A stretch of 64,000 nt of DNA from Flammeovirgaceae bacterium UBA1842 (GCA_002338655.1 DDIU01000049.1:2830-66829), one strand, 5' to 3'. Counted from the stretch's first letter, positions 1 to 9,783 are shown. Notes: generated from the sequence alone by a model not told the origin. Program-made: numbers and translations.

Positions 1-35
1 TCAAGAACACATGTGAATCGTATACTATGAATCAT
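1..35 (-). CDS. 5' end of a PIN-domain (VapC-like) toxin, truncated by the window edge
   Basis: Hand translation from ATG at 35 gives MIHSIRFTCVLD. This resembles the N-terminal strand and first catalytic Asp of PIN proteins that follow excisionase-HTH genes. It overlaps the upstream stop codon by 11 nt. Confidence 0.7.
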   Translation of the reverse strand, partial: MIHSIRFTCVL

Positions 36-480
36 ATAGCCCTAACTCTTCGTCAGACTTCATAATATCAATCAGAAGTTGTTCTCGCTTCAATTTCATC
101 TTTTTCTTATAATTCATTACGTCTTCGAATTTAACTCTACGATGCCTTCCTACCATAGTGAAAGGAATGTCTCCTTTCTCAAGCAATTTTACAATATGAG
201 GCCTTGAACAACCTAATAATTCAGCTGCCGCTTGAGTAGTCATTTCAGTTGCAATGGGCACTAAAGAAATTGGCTTACCTTGACTGGTTGCTTTTAATAT
301 TTTTGCCAAAAGTTTAAGCGCTTTTAGAGGAATTTTGATTTTTTCAGCAGTTTCCTCAATTTCGATAGCTGGATTTTCTGAACGTAAATCTTCTAAGGTG
401 GCTGCAAGAGCATTATATGATTCCATTGCTGCAATCTGTTCTTTTTTAGAAGGTTTCTTTAAGTCGTTAAAGTATTCCAT
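25..480 (-). CDS. Excisionase-family (HTH_17/MerR-like) DNA-binding protein, probable antitoxin
   Basis: EMTTQAAAELLGCSRPHIVKLLEKGDIPFTMVGRHRRV is a typical excisionase-type HTH. It is coupled to the PIN start. Confidence 0.8.
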   Translation of the reverse strand: MEYFNDLKKPSKKEQIAAMESYNALAATLEDLRSENPAIEIEETAEKIKIPLKALKLLAKILKATSQGKPISLVPIATEMTTQAAAELLGCSRPHIVKLLEKGDIPFTMVGRHRRVKFEDVMNYKKKMKLKREQLLIDIMKSDEELGLYDS

Positions 481-502
481 TTAGTTTAAATTTTCATCCA
501 TT

Positions 503-540
503 ATACAAGTATAAACGAAATAAACGAAACGAAGTTGTAT
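503..540 (-). promoter_or_regulatory. Candidate autoregulatory operator of the HTH-PIN operon
   Basis: ATAAACGAA x2 (511-528) plus ACGAA, bracketed by the inverted pair ATACAA (503-508)/TTGTAT (535-540), 23-60 bp upstream of the start. Confidence 0.45.
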
Positions 541-566
541 TACAAAATAATTTTAATAAAAACCCC

Positions 567-672
567 TATTCGACATTTGTAATGTCGAATAATTAAACCA
601 GAAATTATATTCCACTTCTAGATCTGGATTAAAAATCCATGGGTACTTCTTCAGGATTGCAAATCCTGAAGA
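567..672. repeat. Cluster of three REP-like hairpins
   Basis: TATTCGACATT-tgt-AATGTCGAATA (567-591), TGGATT-aaa-AATCCA (625-639) and TCTTCAGGATT-gca-AATCCTGAAGA (648-672). All have an ATT-nnn-AAT loop closure. Confidence 0.65.
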
Positions 673-713
673 GGTTCATGAGATTATGAGGTTCTTCCTT
701 TGGCACTTTGCGC

Positions 714-745
714 AAAAAAGAGGCTGGTTCTTTGAACCAGCCTCT
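714..745 (-). terminator. Rho-independent terminator of ilvE
   Basis: 12-bp stem AGAGGCTGGTTC/GAACCAGCCTCT (719-745). The A-run at 714-719 gives a U-tract on the minus strand. Confidence 0.8.
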
Positions 746-770
746 CAAACCAAATTGTCTGTGAAACAAT

Positions 771-1835
771 CTAAACTTTACTTACCCAATTAAAACGGTC
801 ATCAATACGGCCAAGTTTTATATCATCGAGTTCTTTTAACACTTTTTGTGAAAATACCCTACCTTCTACCGGAGGAAGTTGAAAATCCTCGTCTTTATAT
901 CCTATCAAATCAATAGGCGCAATGGTGGCAGCTGTACCGGCACCGAACGCCTCTTGTAACCTTCCTTCCCTAGCAGCTGCCACTACCTCGGCTACCTCTA
1001 CTTTACGTTCTTCAACCGTCATGCCCCAATCCCTTGCCAAGGCAAGTACGCTGTCTCTGGTAATGCCATTGAGAATAGTATCGCCCAATGCTGGTGTAAT
1101 GAGTTTGCCATCAATTACAAACATCACGTTCATGGTGCCTGACTCTTCTATGTATTTGTGGTCTCTGCCATCTGTCCATACAAGTTGGTCATAGCCCTTA
1201 TCTTGTGCCAATTTTGCAGGGTAAATTGCCGGCCCATAGTTACAGCCCGTTTTGCAATAGCCGCTGCCTCCTTCCACCGCCCTTACGTAATGATCCTCTA
1301 TCTTCACTTTTACTGGTTTGGCGTAATATGCGCCTACCGGACAAGTGATAATCATAAATTTGAAACTTTCTGAAGGCCGAATGCCAATATAATCGTCATT
1401 AGAAAACATAAAAGGCCGAATGTATAGTGCCGTCCCAGGTACGTCTGGTACCCATTGATTATCTAGCTTCAAAAGTTCGTTGAGCCCTTCAAAAAATATT
1501 TGTTCTGGCAGCTGCGGCATGCACATTCTGTTTGCAGAAATATTTAGCCTTTCAAAATTTTTATCAGCACGAAATACATTGACCTGGCCTTTTTCATCTT
1601 TAAAAGCCTTCAGGCCTTCAAATATTGAAATGCCGTAGTGTAATGCAGGACTTGCAGGGCTAATGCGCATCGCCTCGTAAGGCTCTATTCTCAGGTTGTT
1701 CCATTCACCATTGCGATATTCTGCAGTAAACATGTGATCGGAATACACTTTCCCGAACTGTATATTGTTAAAATCAACTTGGTCGATTTTAGAATTGGCA
1801 GTTTTGTTAATTGATATGTTCAATGTCTCTGTCAT
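771..1835 (-). CDS. ilvE: Branched-chain amino acid aminotransferase
   Basis: LHYGISIFEGLKAF, LYIRPF, EESGTMNVMFV, ILNGITRDSV and GAGTAATIAPI are class IV PLP aminotransferase motifs. Confidence 0.95.
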   Translation of the reverse strand: MTETLNISINKTANSKIDQVDFNNIQFGKVYSDHMFTAEYRNGEWNNLRIEPYEAMRISPASPALHYGISIFEGLKAFKDEKGQVNVFRADKNFERLNISANRMCMPQLPEQIFFEGLNELLKLDNQWVPDVPGTALYIRPFMFSNDDYIGIRPSESFKFMIITCPVGAYYAKPVKVKIEDHYVRAVEGGSGYCKTGCNYGPAIYPAKLAQDKGYDQLVWTDGRDHKYIEESGTMNVMFVIDGKLITPALGDTILNGITRDSVLALARDWGMTVEERKVEVAEVVAAAREGRLQEAFGAGTAATIAPIDLIGYKDEDFQLPPVEGRVFSQKVLKELDDIKLGRIDDRFNWVSKV

Positions 1836-1918
1836 GGTGGTATTAGATGTGTTTAACGCAACTAACGTTCGTTAGGATCGCAAAATTAACAAAATTATAG
1901 TTGCAGAAAAATCTTTGG

Positions 1919-2467
1919 TTACTTTCTAGCAATCCAAGGTGTCTCGGGGGCACCCAATTCAGCTGTCATTTTACGGCTGAGCACAAACAGAAAATCTGAA
2001 AGTCGGTTTATAAATTGAATGGTTATCGGGGGCACGTCTTCATGATCCGCCAATGCAATAATCTGTCGCTCTGCTCTACGACAAACACAACGGGCAATAT
2101 GGCAAAAAGAGACAGATTGATGCCCTCCGGGAAGCACAAAATTTTTCATTGGCTCCAGTGTTTCTTCCATCTGGTCAATACTTTTTTCCAAAGCAACTAC
2201 ATCCTTCTCCGTAAGTGCGGGTACTTTTACTTTAGTATTGCCTGGCTCTGTGGCCAATATAGATCCCAGTGTGAATAACCTATCCTGAATTTCTACTAAT
2301 ATATCATGTCGGTTGCTGTTGACCGGCTGATCACGCAGTAAACCAATATGGGAATTTAATTCATCAACTGTTCCGTAGGATTCAATACGTATATGGGCTT
2401 TTGATACCCTGGCACCACCAAATAATGCGGTTGTTCCTTTATCTCCGGTTTTGGTGTATACTTTCAT
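1919..2467 (-). CDS. PduO-type ATP:cob(I)alamin adenosyltransferase
   Basis: KVYTKTGDKGTT, YGTVDELNSHIG, RRAER and NRLSDFLFVLSR motifs. Confidence 0.93.
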   Translation of the reverse strand: MKVYTKTGDKGTTALFGGARVSKAHIRIESYGTVDELNSHIGLLRDQPVNSNRHDILVEIQDRLFTLGSILATEPGNTKVKVPALTEKDVVALEKSIDQMEETLEPMKNFVLPGGHQSVSFCHIARCVCRRAERQIIALADHEDVPPITIQFINRLSDFLFVLSRKMTAELGAPETPWIARK

Positions 2468-3184
2468 TTAACTAGTATGTTCAGGCTGTCGGGTAATGTT
2501 CGTGTTAATATCATCAAATTCCACCAGTCCATCACGCATTCTTACTATACGGTGGGCATAATGGGCGATATCATCTTCGTGTGTTACCATGATTATGGTA
2601 TTTCCAGCGTCATGTAACTGCTGAAACAAGTCCATGATTTCATAAGAAGTTTTCGAATCGAGGTTTCCAGTAGGTTCATCAGCAAGGATAATACTTGGCT
2701 TATTTACCAATGCCCTTGCTATGGCCACCCTTTGTCGTTGACCTCCCGAAAGTTCGTTGGGTTTATGATGAAACCGATCACTCAAGCTTACATTTTCAAG
2801 TGCTTGCATGGCTATTTCCTCTCTTTCGGATTTGCCATAGCCTGCATAAATTAATGGCAGTGCCACATTTTCCAATGCAGAAGCCCGTGGTAAAAGATTG
2901 AAAGTTTGAAATACGAAGCCAATCTCCTTATTTCTAATTTCAGCCAGTTCATTTTCAGTAAGGTCACTTACCATTTGGTTATTCAAAACATAGGAGCCAT
3001 TGGTAGGTGTATCAAGACAACCTATGATGTTCATTAATGTGGACTTACCTGAACCTGATGGCCCCATAAAAGCCACATACTCTCCCCTGTTGATTTCCAA
3101 AGTAATGGATTTCAAAGCCTCTACCGTTTGGTTACCCATTTTGTAAATCTTCGAAATTTCACTTGTCTCTATTATCTTGCTCAT
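2468..3184 (-). CDS. ABC transporter ATP-binding protein (LolD/MacB-like)
   Basis: Walker [25 protein letters not shown] and ADEPTGNLD. The likely start is MSKIIETS at 3184 rather than 3223. Confidence 0.93.
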   Translation of the reverse strand: MSKIIETSEISKIYKMGNQTVEALKSITLEINRGEYVAFMGPSGSGKSTLMNIIGCLDTPTNGSYVLNNQMVSDLTENELAEIRNKEIGFVFQTFNLLPRASALENVALPLIYAGYGKSEREEIAMQALENVSLSDRFHHKPNELSGGQRQRVAIARALVNKPSIILADEPTGNLDSKTSYEIMDLFQQLHDAGNTIIMVTHEDDIAHYAHRIVRMRDGLVEFDDINTNITRQPEHTS

Positions 3185-3294
3185 GAGTAGTAAGTTAACC
3201 TTTCCAAATTTAAACCTTATCACGAAGAACGGAAAGAGTAAACATTGATAATACCTTATTTACTTAAACGGTGAATAATACAGGCAAGTGTAAA

Positions 3295-4182
3295 TTATGG
3301 CATAGCGTGCTCATATTGAGCCGATTCATCGATGTTTTGTTTTAAATGGTCCAATGTCCTTTTGATCACAATCCCGTCCTTAAGTATTCTGGTATGTCCA
3401 AGGCCTTGTGTTTTCATATACTGTGCAGTGGGATATTTCCTAATAATTGCCTCCGGATGCTTTGAGGACACCTCTTCGTCATCCTCATCATAAATCAAGA
3501 GGAGCTCCATTGGTTTTAACTGATCGATGACATATTCGGCTGAAAATTCTTCAAAGGCCTTCCCAAATTTTTGTTCAATATAACTTTCAAAATAAGGAAC
3601 CATGCGCTCAGAAGCCCTAATCTTTTTTCTAAATTCTTTCACAATCTCACTTCCTATAGTTGGACTACTTATCATGACCAACTTATCTGTCCCTACTCCA
3701 TTGATAACAGAATGCATGGCTGACACTCCGCCCAATGAGTGACCGACAATCATTTCAAAACCTCTATATTTTTCATTTAAGAGCTCAATAATTTTAGCAA
3801 ACTCCAATATGTGGGAAGTTTTACCTTCCGACTGCCCATGACCAGTAGCATCAAACGACACTACTTTATAGCCGGCCTCATTATAGGAAGAAATAAATTT
3901 CCTGAACTGTGTACCTCGTCCCATCCAACCATGAACCATGAGAACGGGATTACCCTCTCCCCATTCATACACTTGAATTGCCTTCCCGTCAAAATCGATT
4001 TTATATTTATTCGCTTGCTCTGCGGCCTCAACTTCTCCATACGGAAGTTTATATTTTGCAGTCGAAAAAAATATGTTTACAAACCACCTTTGGGCCAACC
4101 AAGGTACTAAAAACTCAACCTTAGGAAATGTCCACGAAATTATTCTCAATGGTAATGGGGTTTTTATACTGTTTTTCTTCAT
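3295..4182 (-). CDS. Alpha/beta hydrolase
   Basis: VHGWMG, FDATGHG, GHSLGG nucleophile elbow and GLGHTRIL. Confidence 0.88.
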   Translation of the reverse strand: MKKNSIKTPLPLRIISWTFPKVEFLVPWLAQRWFVNIFFSTAKYKLPYGEVEAAEQANKYKIDFDGKAIQVYEWGEGNPVLMVHGWMGRGTQFRKFISSYNEAGYKVVSFDATGHGQSEGKTSHILEFAKIIELLNEKYRGFEMIVGHSLGGVSAMHSVINGVGTDKLVMISSPTIGSEIVKEFRKKIRASERMVPYFESYIEQKFGKAFEEFSAEYVIDQLKPMELLLIYDEDDEEVSSKHPEAIIRKYPTAQYMKTQGLGHTRILKDGIVIKRTLDHLKQNIDESAQYEHAMP

Positions 4183-4188
4183 ATTAAT

Positions 4189-4204
4189 ACAGACCGATCG
4201 GTCT
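4189..4204. promoter_or_regulatory. TetR-type operator upstream of the hydrolase
   Basis: Perfect palindrome AGACCGATCGGTCT (4191-4204). It matches the second site at 4820. Confidence 0.7.
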
Positions 4205-4222
4205 TTTTTGGTTCAAAAAATT

Positions 4223-4816
4223 TTATATTAAAATACTCTGCGTGATAAATTTTTTCATGTGTTCGGCAGTAACTTCAACACTGTCCTTGTTTCCATCTAC
4301 TCTGGATAACACAATGGCTCCTTCGAGAGTAGCGATAATTACCGTTGCCATTTGCTTTATATTGACATCGCTTTTTACTTCCCCAGCGCTTATCCCCTCT
4401 TTCAATTTTATCTCAATATAGTTTCTCAAAATAATAATCGATTCCCTCGCTTTTTCTTTGAGTGCAGGATGTGTATTGGTAGAATCTATGGCAGTATTGA
4501 ATATTGGACATCCACCACCTTGCACCATCGGGTCATCAATAAATGAAACGAACACATCAACCACGGCCAATATCTTCTCTGTTGGGGTAGATACTTTATC
4601 CAATGTTTCACGAAATCTCCTGAGTACCCTTTGGTAATTATGGTTAAAGGCCTCCACCGCTATTTCATCCTTATTTTTAAAGTGATTATAAATGCCACCT
4701 TTCTTAAGGCCAGTGGCTTCCATGATGTGGCTGAGCGAACAGGCATGGTATCCATAGGTATTGAATAGCGCAGCTGAGCTTTCAATTATACGTTCTCTTG
4801 TAGATAATTCATCCAT
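4223..4816 (-). CDS. TetR/AcrR family transcriptional regulator
   Basis: TRERIIESSAALFNTYGYHACSLSHIMEATGLKKGGIYNHFKNK HTH. Confidence 0.93.
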   Translation of the reverse strand: MDELSTRERIIESSAALFNTYGYHACSLSHIMEATGLKKGGIYNHFKNKDEIAVEAFNHNYQRVLRRFRETLDKVSTPTEKILAVVDVFVSFIDDPMVQGGGCPIFNTAIDSTNTHPALKEKARESIIILRNYIEIKLKEGISAGEVKSDVNIKQMATVIIATLEGAIVLSRVDGNKDSVEVTAEHMKKFITQSILI

Positions 4817-4819
4817 AGT

Positions 4820-4843
4820 ACCGACCGGTTGGTCTCAAAGATA
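4820..4843 (-). promoter_or_regulatory. TetR operator plus sigma-A -7 box (autoregulation)
   Basis: ACCGACCGGTTGGT (4820-4833) lies directly before the start codon. TATCTTTG on the minus strand at 4836-4843. Confidence 0.65.
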
Positions 4844-4865
4844 ATAAAAAATTATTTATTTCAAA

Positions 4866-5630
4866 TTATTTCGCCTTGAAATCGAAGCTTTTTGTTTCAT
4901 AGCTATAGTCATGTGGATTATAGGTACGTTCTGAACAGTGTACATTATTGTCATTATCCACCAATATTACTGTTGAACATCGAGAGCCATAATTTTCACT
5001 TTTTATAAACATGGGTGACAACATAGCCTCTTTTTCATATCCTACTCCAGTATCTGGAAGTTGATTGTCAGGTGCTTTCAGATCATCATAAAGTGTCGCA
5101 AAAAGATGTTCAGCCGTAATTTCATTATTGGCAATCACCTTTTCAACCTTCTCTTTTCCTTTAATTACCTTAGGCCAGGGCGTATTAAACAGGGCGTTGC
5201 TCAATCCATGGACACCTGCTTTGATTTTATGAACGCCTTTTTGGTAGTTTCCATAATATTGAAGTTCATCAACATCACCACAGATAATATTGAACCCATT
5301 GTAGTTATTGCCTTTTTGTGCAACATTTTCCAAGTATTGAGAAGCATCTATTCCCTTTTTCAAATAATCAGAAACCAAATGCCCCCGACTGGGTGCATTG
5401 GGCTTAATATTTTTCAAGTCTCTATAATTGGTCAGTAAGCTTATCTTTCCCGCAGTAGTCAAACCTAGCCATGTACCTCCAGCTTCCAAGTCCTTTCCAG
5501 CCAGGATACTCCTATCCTCCTCCCAAAAATCAAGTGGTTTAGTTGGTCGACCGTAAAATTCATCCCGGTTAGCCGCTATTATCAGCTTATAGGTGGGGTG
5601 TACTTTGTAACCAAGTAAAATCAAACACAT
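4866..5630 (-). CDS. NRDE/TANGO2 family protein
   Basis: N-terminal MCLI, ANRDEFYGRPT, GGTWLG, LTNYR and YGSRCST. Confidence 0.93.
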   Translation of the reverse strand: MCLILLGYKVHPTYKLIIAANRDEFYGRPTKPLDFWEEDRSILAGKDLEAGGTWLGLTTAGKISLLTNYRDLKNIKPNAPSRGHLVSDYLKKGIDASQYLENVAQKGNNYNGFNIICGDVDELQYYGNYQKGVHKIKAGVHGLSNALFNTPWPKVIKGKEKVEKVIANNEITAEHLFATLYDDLKAPDNQLPDTGVGYEKEAMLSPMFIKSENYGSRCSTVILVDNDNNVHCSERTYNPHDYSYETKSFDFKAK

Positions 5631-5668
5631 AAGGCAAATTTAAACATATTGAAGGTAAGTAAATGTCG

Positions 5669-6271
5669 TCAACCTTCAAATAACTCCAATTGTTCAGGTA
5701 ACTGCCGAAAAGTTTTCCGGTGATATGCAGATAACCCTATACTCCGTATAGCTTCCCGATGTATTGCAGTAGGATAGCCTTTATTTTGATGCCATTGATA
5801 ATCAGGAAATTGCTTCCCGATTTTTATCATATATTCATCACGATACGTTTTAGCTAAAATTGAAGCTGCTGCAATGGACAAGTATTTGCCATCTCCCTTT
5901 ATGATGCATTCGAAAGGAATATCATTATGGGGCTTATAGCGGTTACCGTCAATCAACAGCAACTCAGGAACCGTTTTTAATTGATCTACCGACCGATTCA
6001 TGGCCAAATAGGAAGCATTTAAAATATTTACTTTATCAATTTCATTGTTATCAACAAAGGAAACTGCCCAAGCAAGGGCATCTTTTTCAATGTCCTTTCT
6101 AAGCTGTATCCTCTTCTTTTCCGACAGTTGTTTGGAGTCATTAAGTAACTTGTGCCTGTATCTTAGAGGCAAAATAACGGCTGCGGCCACCACTGGCCCA
6201 GCTAAGCAACCTCGGCCGGCTTCATCACAACCGGCCTCAATTATTCCTTTACTAAATGAGGATTTTAACAT
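5669..6271 (-). CDS. rnhB: Ribonuclease HII
   Basis: AGCDEAGRGCLAGPVVAAAV, NDSKQL, LIDGN, KGDGK..SIAAASILAK and NKGYPT. Confidence 0.96.
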   Translation of the reverse strand: MLKSSFSKGIIEAGCDEAGRGCLAGPVVAAAVILPLRYRHKLLNDSKQLSEKKRIQLRKDIEKDALAWAVSFVDNNEIDKVNILNASYLAMNRSVDQLKTVPELLLIDGNRYKPHNDIPFECIIKGDGKYLSIAAASILAKTYRDEYMIKIGKQFPDYQWHQNKGYPTAIHREAIRSIGLSAYHRKTFRQLPEQLELFEG

Positions 6272-6330
6272 CTTTACAAAATTAGTTTTATCATATAGAC
6301 TTCAAAACATATATGAATAGCTTTGCAACC

Positions 6331-6888
6331 ATGAAAAATAATAGCAGTCCATGGCAAACGATTTCTTCAGAAACTAAATATAACAATCCGTGGATTGAGG
6401 TGGTAGAAGACCAAGTGATCAATCCGGGAGGTGGTGAAGGCATTTATGGCAAGGTTCATTTTAAGAATAAAGCCATGGGCATCATCCCAATTGATGAAGA
6501 GGGGAATACTTGGCTGGTAGGCCAACACCGATACACATTGGATGAATTTTCATGGGAAATTCCTGAAGGTGGATCTCCTATAGGTGAAGATATTTTGGAG
6601 GCAGCCAAAAGGGAATTGAAAGAAGAAACAGGGCTTGAGGCCAACCATTGGGAATTGTTTATGACATTACATACATCCAACTCTGTCACAGACGAAGTAG
6701 CTCATGTATATCTGGCGAAAGATTTAAAACATGGTTCGGCTAATTTAGAAGAATCAGAGGCCGACCTTAAAGTGAAGAAATTACCCCTCAAAGAGGCTAT
6801 ACAAATGGCCTTAGAGGGTAAAATTACCGATAGCATAAGTGTAGCAGGTTTAATGAAAGCAGCCATGCTATTGAATAAAAAGAATTGA
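6331..6888 (+). CDS. NUDIX hydrolase (ADP-ribose pyrophosphatase-like)
   Basis: Nudix box EGG...AAKRELKEETG. Start placed at 6331 because a TAGCTTTG -7 box sits at 6318-6325. Confidence 0.88.
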   Translation: MKNNSSPWQTISSETKYNNPWIEVVEDQVINPGGGEGIYGKVHFKNKAMGIIPIDEEGNTWLVGQHRYTLDEFSWEIPEGGSPIGEDILEAAKRELKEETGLEANHWELFMTLHTSNSVTDEVAHVYLAKDLKHGSANLEESEADLKVKKLPLKEAIQMALEGKITDSISVAGLMKAAMLLNKKN

Positions 6889-8246
6889 TGATCAAACAAA
6901 ACTATTTAGGCCATTTTAAAACCAATTTTCATCTTGCCGTTCCGGTGATGATGAGCCAGCTCGGGCATATGATGGTAGGCGTGGCAGATAGTATTATGGT
7001 AGGCAGGTTGGGAGCTGTGCCACTCGCAGGGGCATCACTAGCCAATGTGATCTTTAATATTACTTTGATGTTTGGCATAGGGGTATCTTATGCCATAACT
7101 CCACTTGTGGCTACTGCCGATGGTGAAGGCAATACATCAAAATCAGCCAACTTTTTAAGACATGCCATTATCATCAACATTCTTACAGGTGTATTTATGT
7201 TCTTATTGGTTTTTGTTGCCAATTCTGGAATCTATCACCTTAACCAGCCATTAGAAGCGGTAGAATTAGCTGTGCCCTATCTAAATGTCATCACCTTTTC
7301 GCTTGTTCCATTGATGATCTTTCAAACCTTTAGGCAATTTGCAGAAGGTCTCTCCGATACACGCCCAGCTATGGTAATTGTTATTATTTCCAATCTTGTG
7401 AATGTTGGTCTTAACTACATTTTAATCTATGGCAAATTTGGTTTTGACGCCATGGGTTTATTGGGAGCGGGTTATGCTTCCTTGATCTCAAGAGTAGTGT
7501 TAGCGTTATGGATGGCACTTTATATTTATTATGGGTCGCGCTATTCACCTTACCGTATGGCATTTGCTATTAAAGATTATAGTAAGGCCGTTTTTAGAAA
7601 ACTGTTATCGATAGGATTGCCATCAGGGTTTCAACTCATATTTGAAGTGGGGGCATTCGGCTTTGCCGTTATAATGATTGGGTGGATTGGGACGAAGGCA
7701 TTGGCAGCACATCAGATAGCTATTAATCTGGCTGCGGTAAGCTATATGATGGCTTCTGGGCTTTCTGCTGCTGCCACCATCAGGGTTGGCAACCAACTAG
7801 GATTAAAGGATGTCCCTACTTTGCGAGCGGCTGCCTTTACCTTATACATAATGGTAATTGTATTCATGGGCCTGACCGCCACCCTATTTATAGTAGGTAG
7901 GTATTTTTTGCCCTCACTTTATATAGCAGATGCCACTGTAATAGAAATAGCCAGTTCTTTGTTGATAATCGCTGGTTTCTTTCAGATATCAGATGGCATT
8001 CAGGTGCTTAGTCTGGGTGCGTTACGAGGCCTTCATGATGTAAAAATCCCAACTCTGCTCACATTCATTGCTTACTGGGTACTCGCTTTGCCCATAGGCT
8101 ACATACTCGGATTTGTTTTTGACATGGGGGCTACAGGCGTATGGTATGGCTTACTTATTGGCCTTACCATTGTTGCTGTGGCCATGTTGTGGCGATTTAA
8201 TGTTCTGACTAAACGGATGATGGCTAACCTAACACCTGTCAGTTAA
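6885..8246 (+). CDS. MATE family efflux transporter (NorM-like)
   Basis: About 12 hydrophobic segments, LAVPVMMSQLG, AAHQIAIN, RVGNQLG and GALRG. Confidence 0.93.
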   Translation: MMIKQNYLGHFKTNFHLAVPVMMSQLGHMMVGVADSIMVGRLGAVPLAGASLANVIFNITLMFGIGVSYAITPLVATADGEGNTSKSANFLRHAIIINILTGVFMFLLVFVANSGIYHLNQPLEAVELAVPYLNVITFSLVPLMIFQTFRQFAEGLSDTRPAMVIVIISNLVNVGLNYILIYGKFGFDAMGLLGAGYASLISRVVLALWMALYIYYGSRYSPYRMAFAIKDYSKAVFRKLLSIGLPSGFQLIFEVGAFGFAVIMIGWIGTKALAAHQIAINLAAVSYMMASGLSAAATIRVGNQLGLKDVPTLRAAAFTLYIMVIVFMGLTATLFIVGRYFLPSLYIADATVIEIASSLLIIAGFFQISDGIQVLSLGALRGLHDVKIPTLLTFIAYWVLALPIGYILGFVFDMGATGVWYGLLIGLTIVAVAMLWRFNVLTKRMMANLTPVS

Positions 8247-8273
8247 AAATTATTAGTTTATCTTTGCAGAAGA

Positions 8274-8888
8274 ATGAATCAAAGTACCACAATAGCGCTT
8301 TATCAGCCCATGATGCAAACAATAGCTCAACGTATGTTGGGTTCTATTGCTGATGCGGAAGATATTGTACAGGATACTTTACTAAAATGGTTGACAATAG
8401 ACACCGATAAAATCAGAAATACCAAAGCATATTTGATTAAATCAGTAACCAACAATTGTATAAATCATCTAAATACTCTCAAGCGAAAGAAAGATGAATG
8501 CATAGATTCTATTAAATCACATGAGCTAATAGACAAATACAAGGAAATGGAATTATTCCGTTTTGATTTTGAAAATGAGGTATCTGCGGCTCTTAATGTT
8601 ATTCATAAAAAGCTAGAGCCTTTGGAAAAAGGAATCTTTGTACTTCGTGAGTTTTTCGACTTTGAGTATGATGATTTACAAGAGGTGTTTAATAAGAAAA
8701 AAGAAAACTGTAGACAATTATTTTGTAGGGCAAAGGAGAAACTCAACCTTGAAACGTCTAAAATTAAATCTGAGTTATCTGAATCCAATTTCCTTGAATC
8801 ATTCAAAAAAGCCTGTGACATGGGCAATCCAAAGGTATTTATTGATCATATAAAAGAAGAAGTAACAGGGAGCAATGAAAAAAAGTAA
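8274..8888 (+). CDS. ECF sigma factor, ECF41/SigJ-like with a shortened C-terminus
   Basis: RMLGSIADAEDIVQD in region 2 and LEPLEKGIFVLREFF...CRQLFCRAK in region 4. A -7 box TATCTTTG at 8259-8266. Confidence 0.85.
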   Translation: MNQSTTIALYQPMMQTIAQRMLGSIADAEDIVQDTLLKWLTIDTDKIRNTKAYLIKSVTNNCINHLNTLKRKKDECIDSIKSHELIDKYKEMELFRFDFENEVSAALNVIHKKLEPLEKGIFVLREFFDFEYDDLQEVFNKKKENCRQLFCRAKEKLNLETSKIKSELSESNFLESFKKACDMGNPKVFIDHIKEEVTGSNEKK

Positions 8889-8895
8889 AGTTTTT

Positions 8896-8921
8896 TGTCA
8901 CAACATTAAACTTTCATTGTC
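8896..8921 (+). promoter_or_regulatory. Candidate ECF41-type promoter of the desaturase
   Basis: TGTCACA-N15-TGTC, close to the ECF41 consensus TGTCACA-n16-CGTC as I recall it. Confidence 0.5.
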
Positions 8922-8974
8922 CTACATAGAGAAGGTCTTCTTTTGATCTTATTAACAAGAAATAAATTAATTAA

Positions 8975-9745
8975 ATGGCTGTTATAATAACATTTTTTCT
9001 GGCGCACTGGTACTTATCATTGTTTTTCCAGACATTCTTTTTACATAGATATGCCTCGCATAAGGCATTTACTATGAGTAAATCATGGGAGAAAGTATTT
9101 TTTATACTTACCTGGTTTTTTCAAGGGTCAAACTACCTGAGCCCTTACGGATATGGGATAATGCATAGAATGCATCATGCATTTGCAGATACACCAGAAG
9201 ATCCACACTCACCTAAATATGATGAAAGTCTTTTTAAAATGATGTGGAAAACAAAAACCATCTACTCGGCAATTACCAGCAAAACAATGAAAGTAGATGC
9301 TCGCTTTACACAAGATGTACCCGAGTGGCCCGCATTTGACAAGTTTGCCAGATCTTGGGCCTCGCGCCTACTTTGGGGAGCTATCTATGTAGCTATCTAC
9401 TGGCAGTTTGCAACAGTGTGGTGGTTATGGTTATTATTACCAATTCAGTTTCTATTGTCCCCTGTTCATGGTGCCATTATCAACTGGTTTGCCCATAAGT
9501 ATGGCTATAGGAATTTTGAGGTAGGCGATACTTCTAGGAACTTTCTTCCGGTTGACTTTCTAATGATGGGTGAAAGCTATCATAACAACCATCACAAACA
9601 TGGAAGTAGGGCTAATTTTGGTGGCATCAGATGGCATGAGATTGACCCTACGTATCAAATGATAAAGCTTTTAAATAAAGTAGGGATCATAAAATTGGTA
9701 AAACAAAAAGAAGTAGCACTCTCTGATATAAAGAAAGCTGCATAA
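8975..9745 (+). CDS. Membrane acyl-CoA/acyl-lipid (delta-9-like) desaturase
   Basis: Three His boxes HRYASH, HRMHH and HNNHH, plus INWFAH. Confidence 0.92.
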   Translation: MAVIITFFLAHWYLSLFFQTFFLHRYASHKAFTMSKSWEKVFFILTWFFQGSNYLSPYGYGIMHRMHHAFADTPEDPHSPKYDESLFKMMWKTKTIYSAITSKTMKVDARFTQDVPEWPAFDKFARSWASRLLWGAIYVAIYWQFATVWWLWLLLPIQFLLSPVHGAIINWFAHKYGYRNFEVGDTSRNFLPVDFLMMGESYHNNHHKHGSRANFGGIRWHEIDPTYQMIKLLNKVGIIKLVKQKEVALSDIKKAA

Positions 9746-9783
9746 CACAATTGTCTTACTGCCGACTTTAGGCATTTAAAATT

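Noticed and set aside
1-480. Excisionase gene as evidence of a prophage or ICE
   Set aside because: No integrase, att site or phage gene is in the window, and the coupled PIN start points to a toxin-antitoxin pair. Sequence to the left is not visible.
701-713. TGGCAC-TTTGC as a sigma54 promoter
   Set aside because: The spacing between the GG and GC elements is too short for -24/-12.
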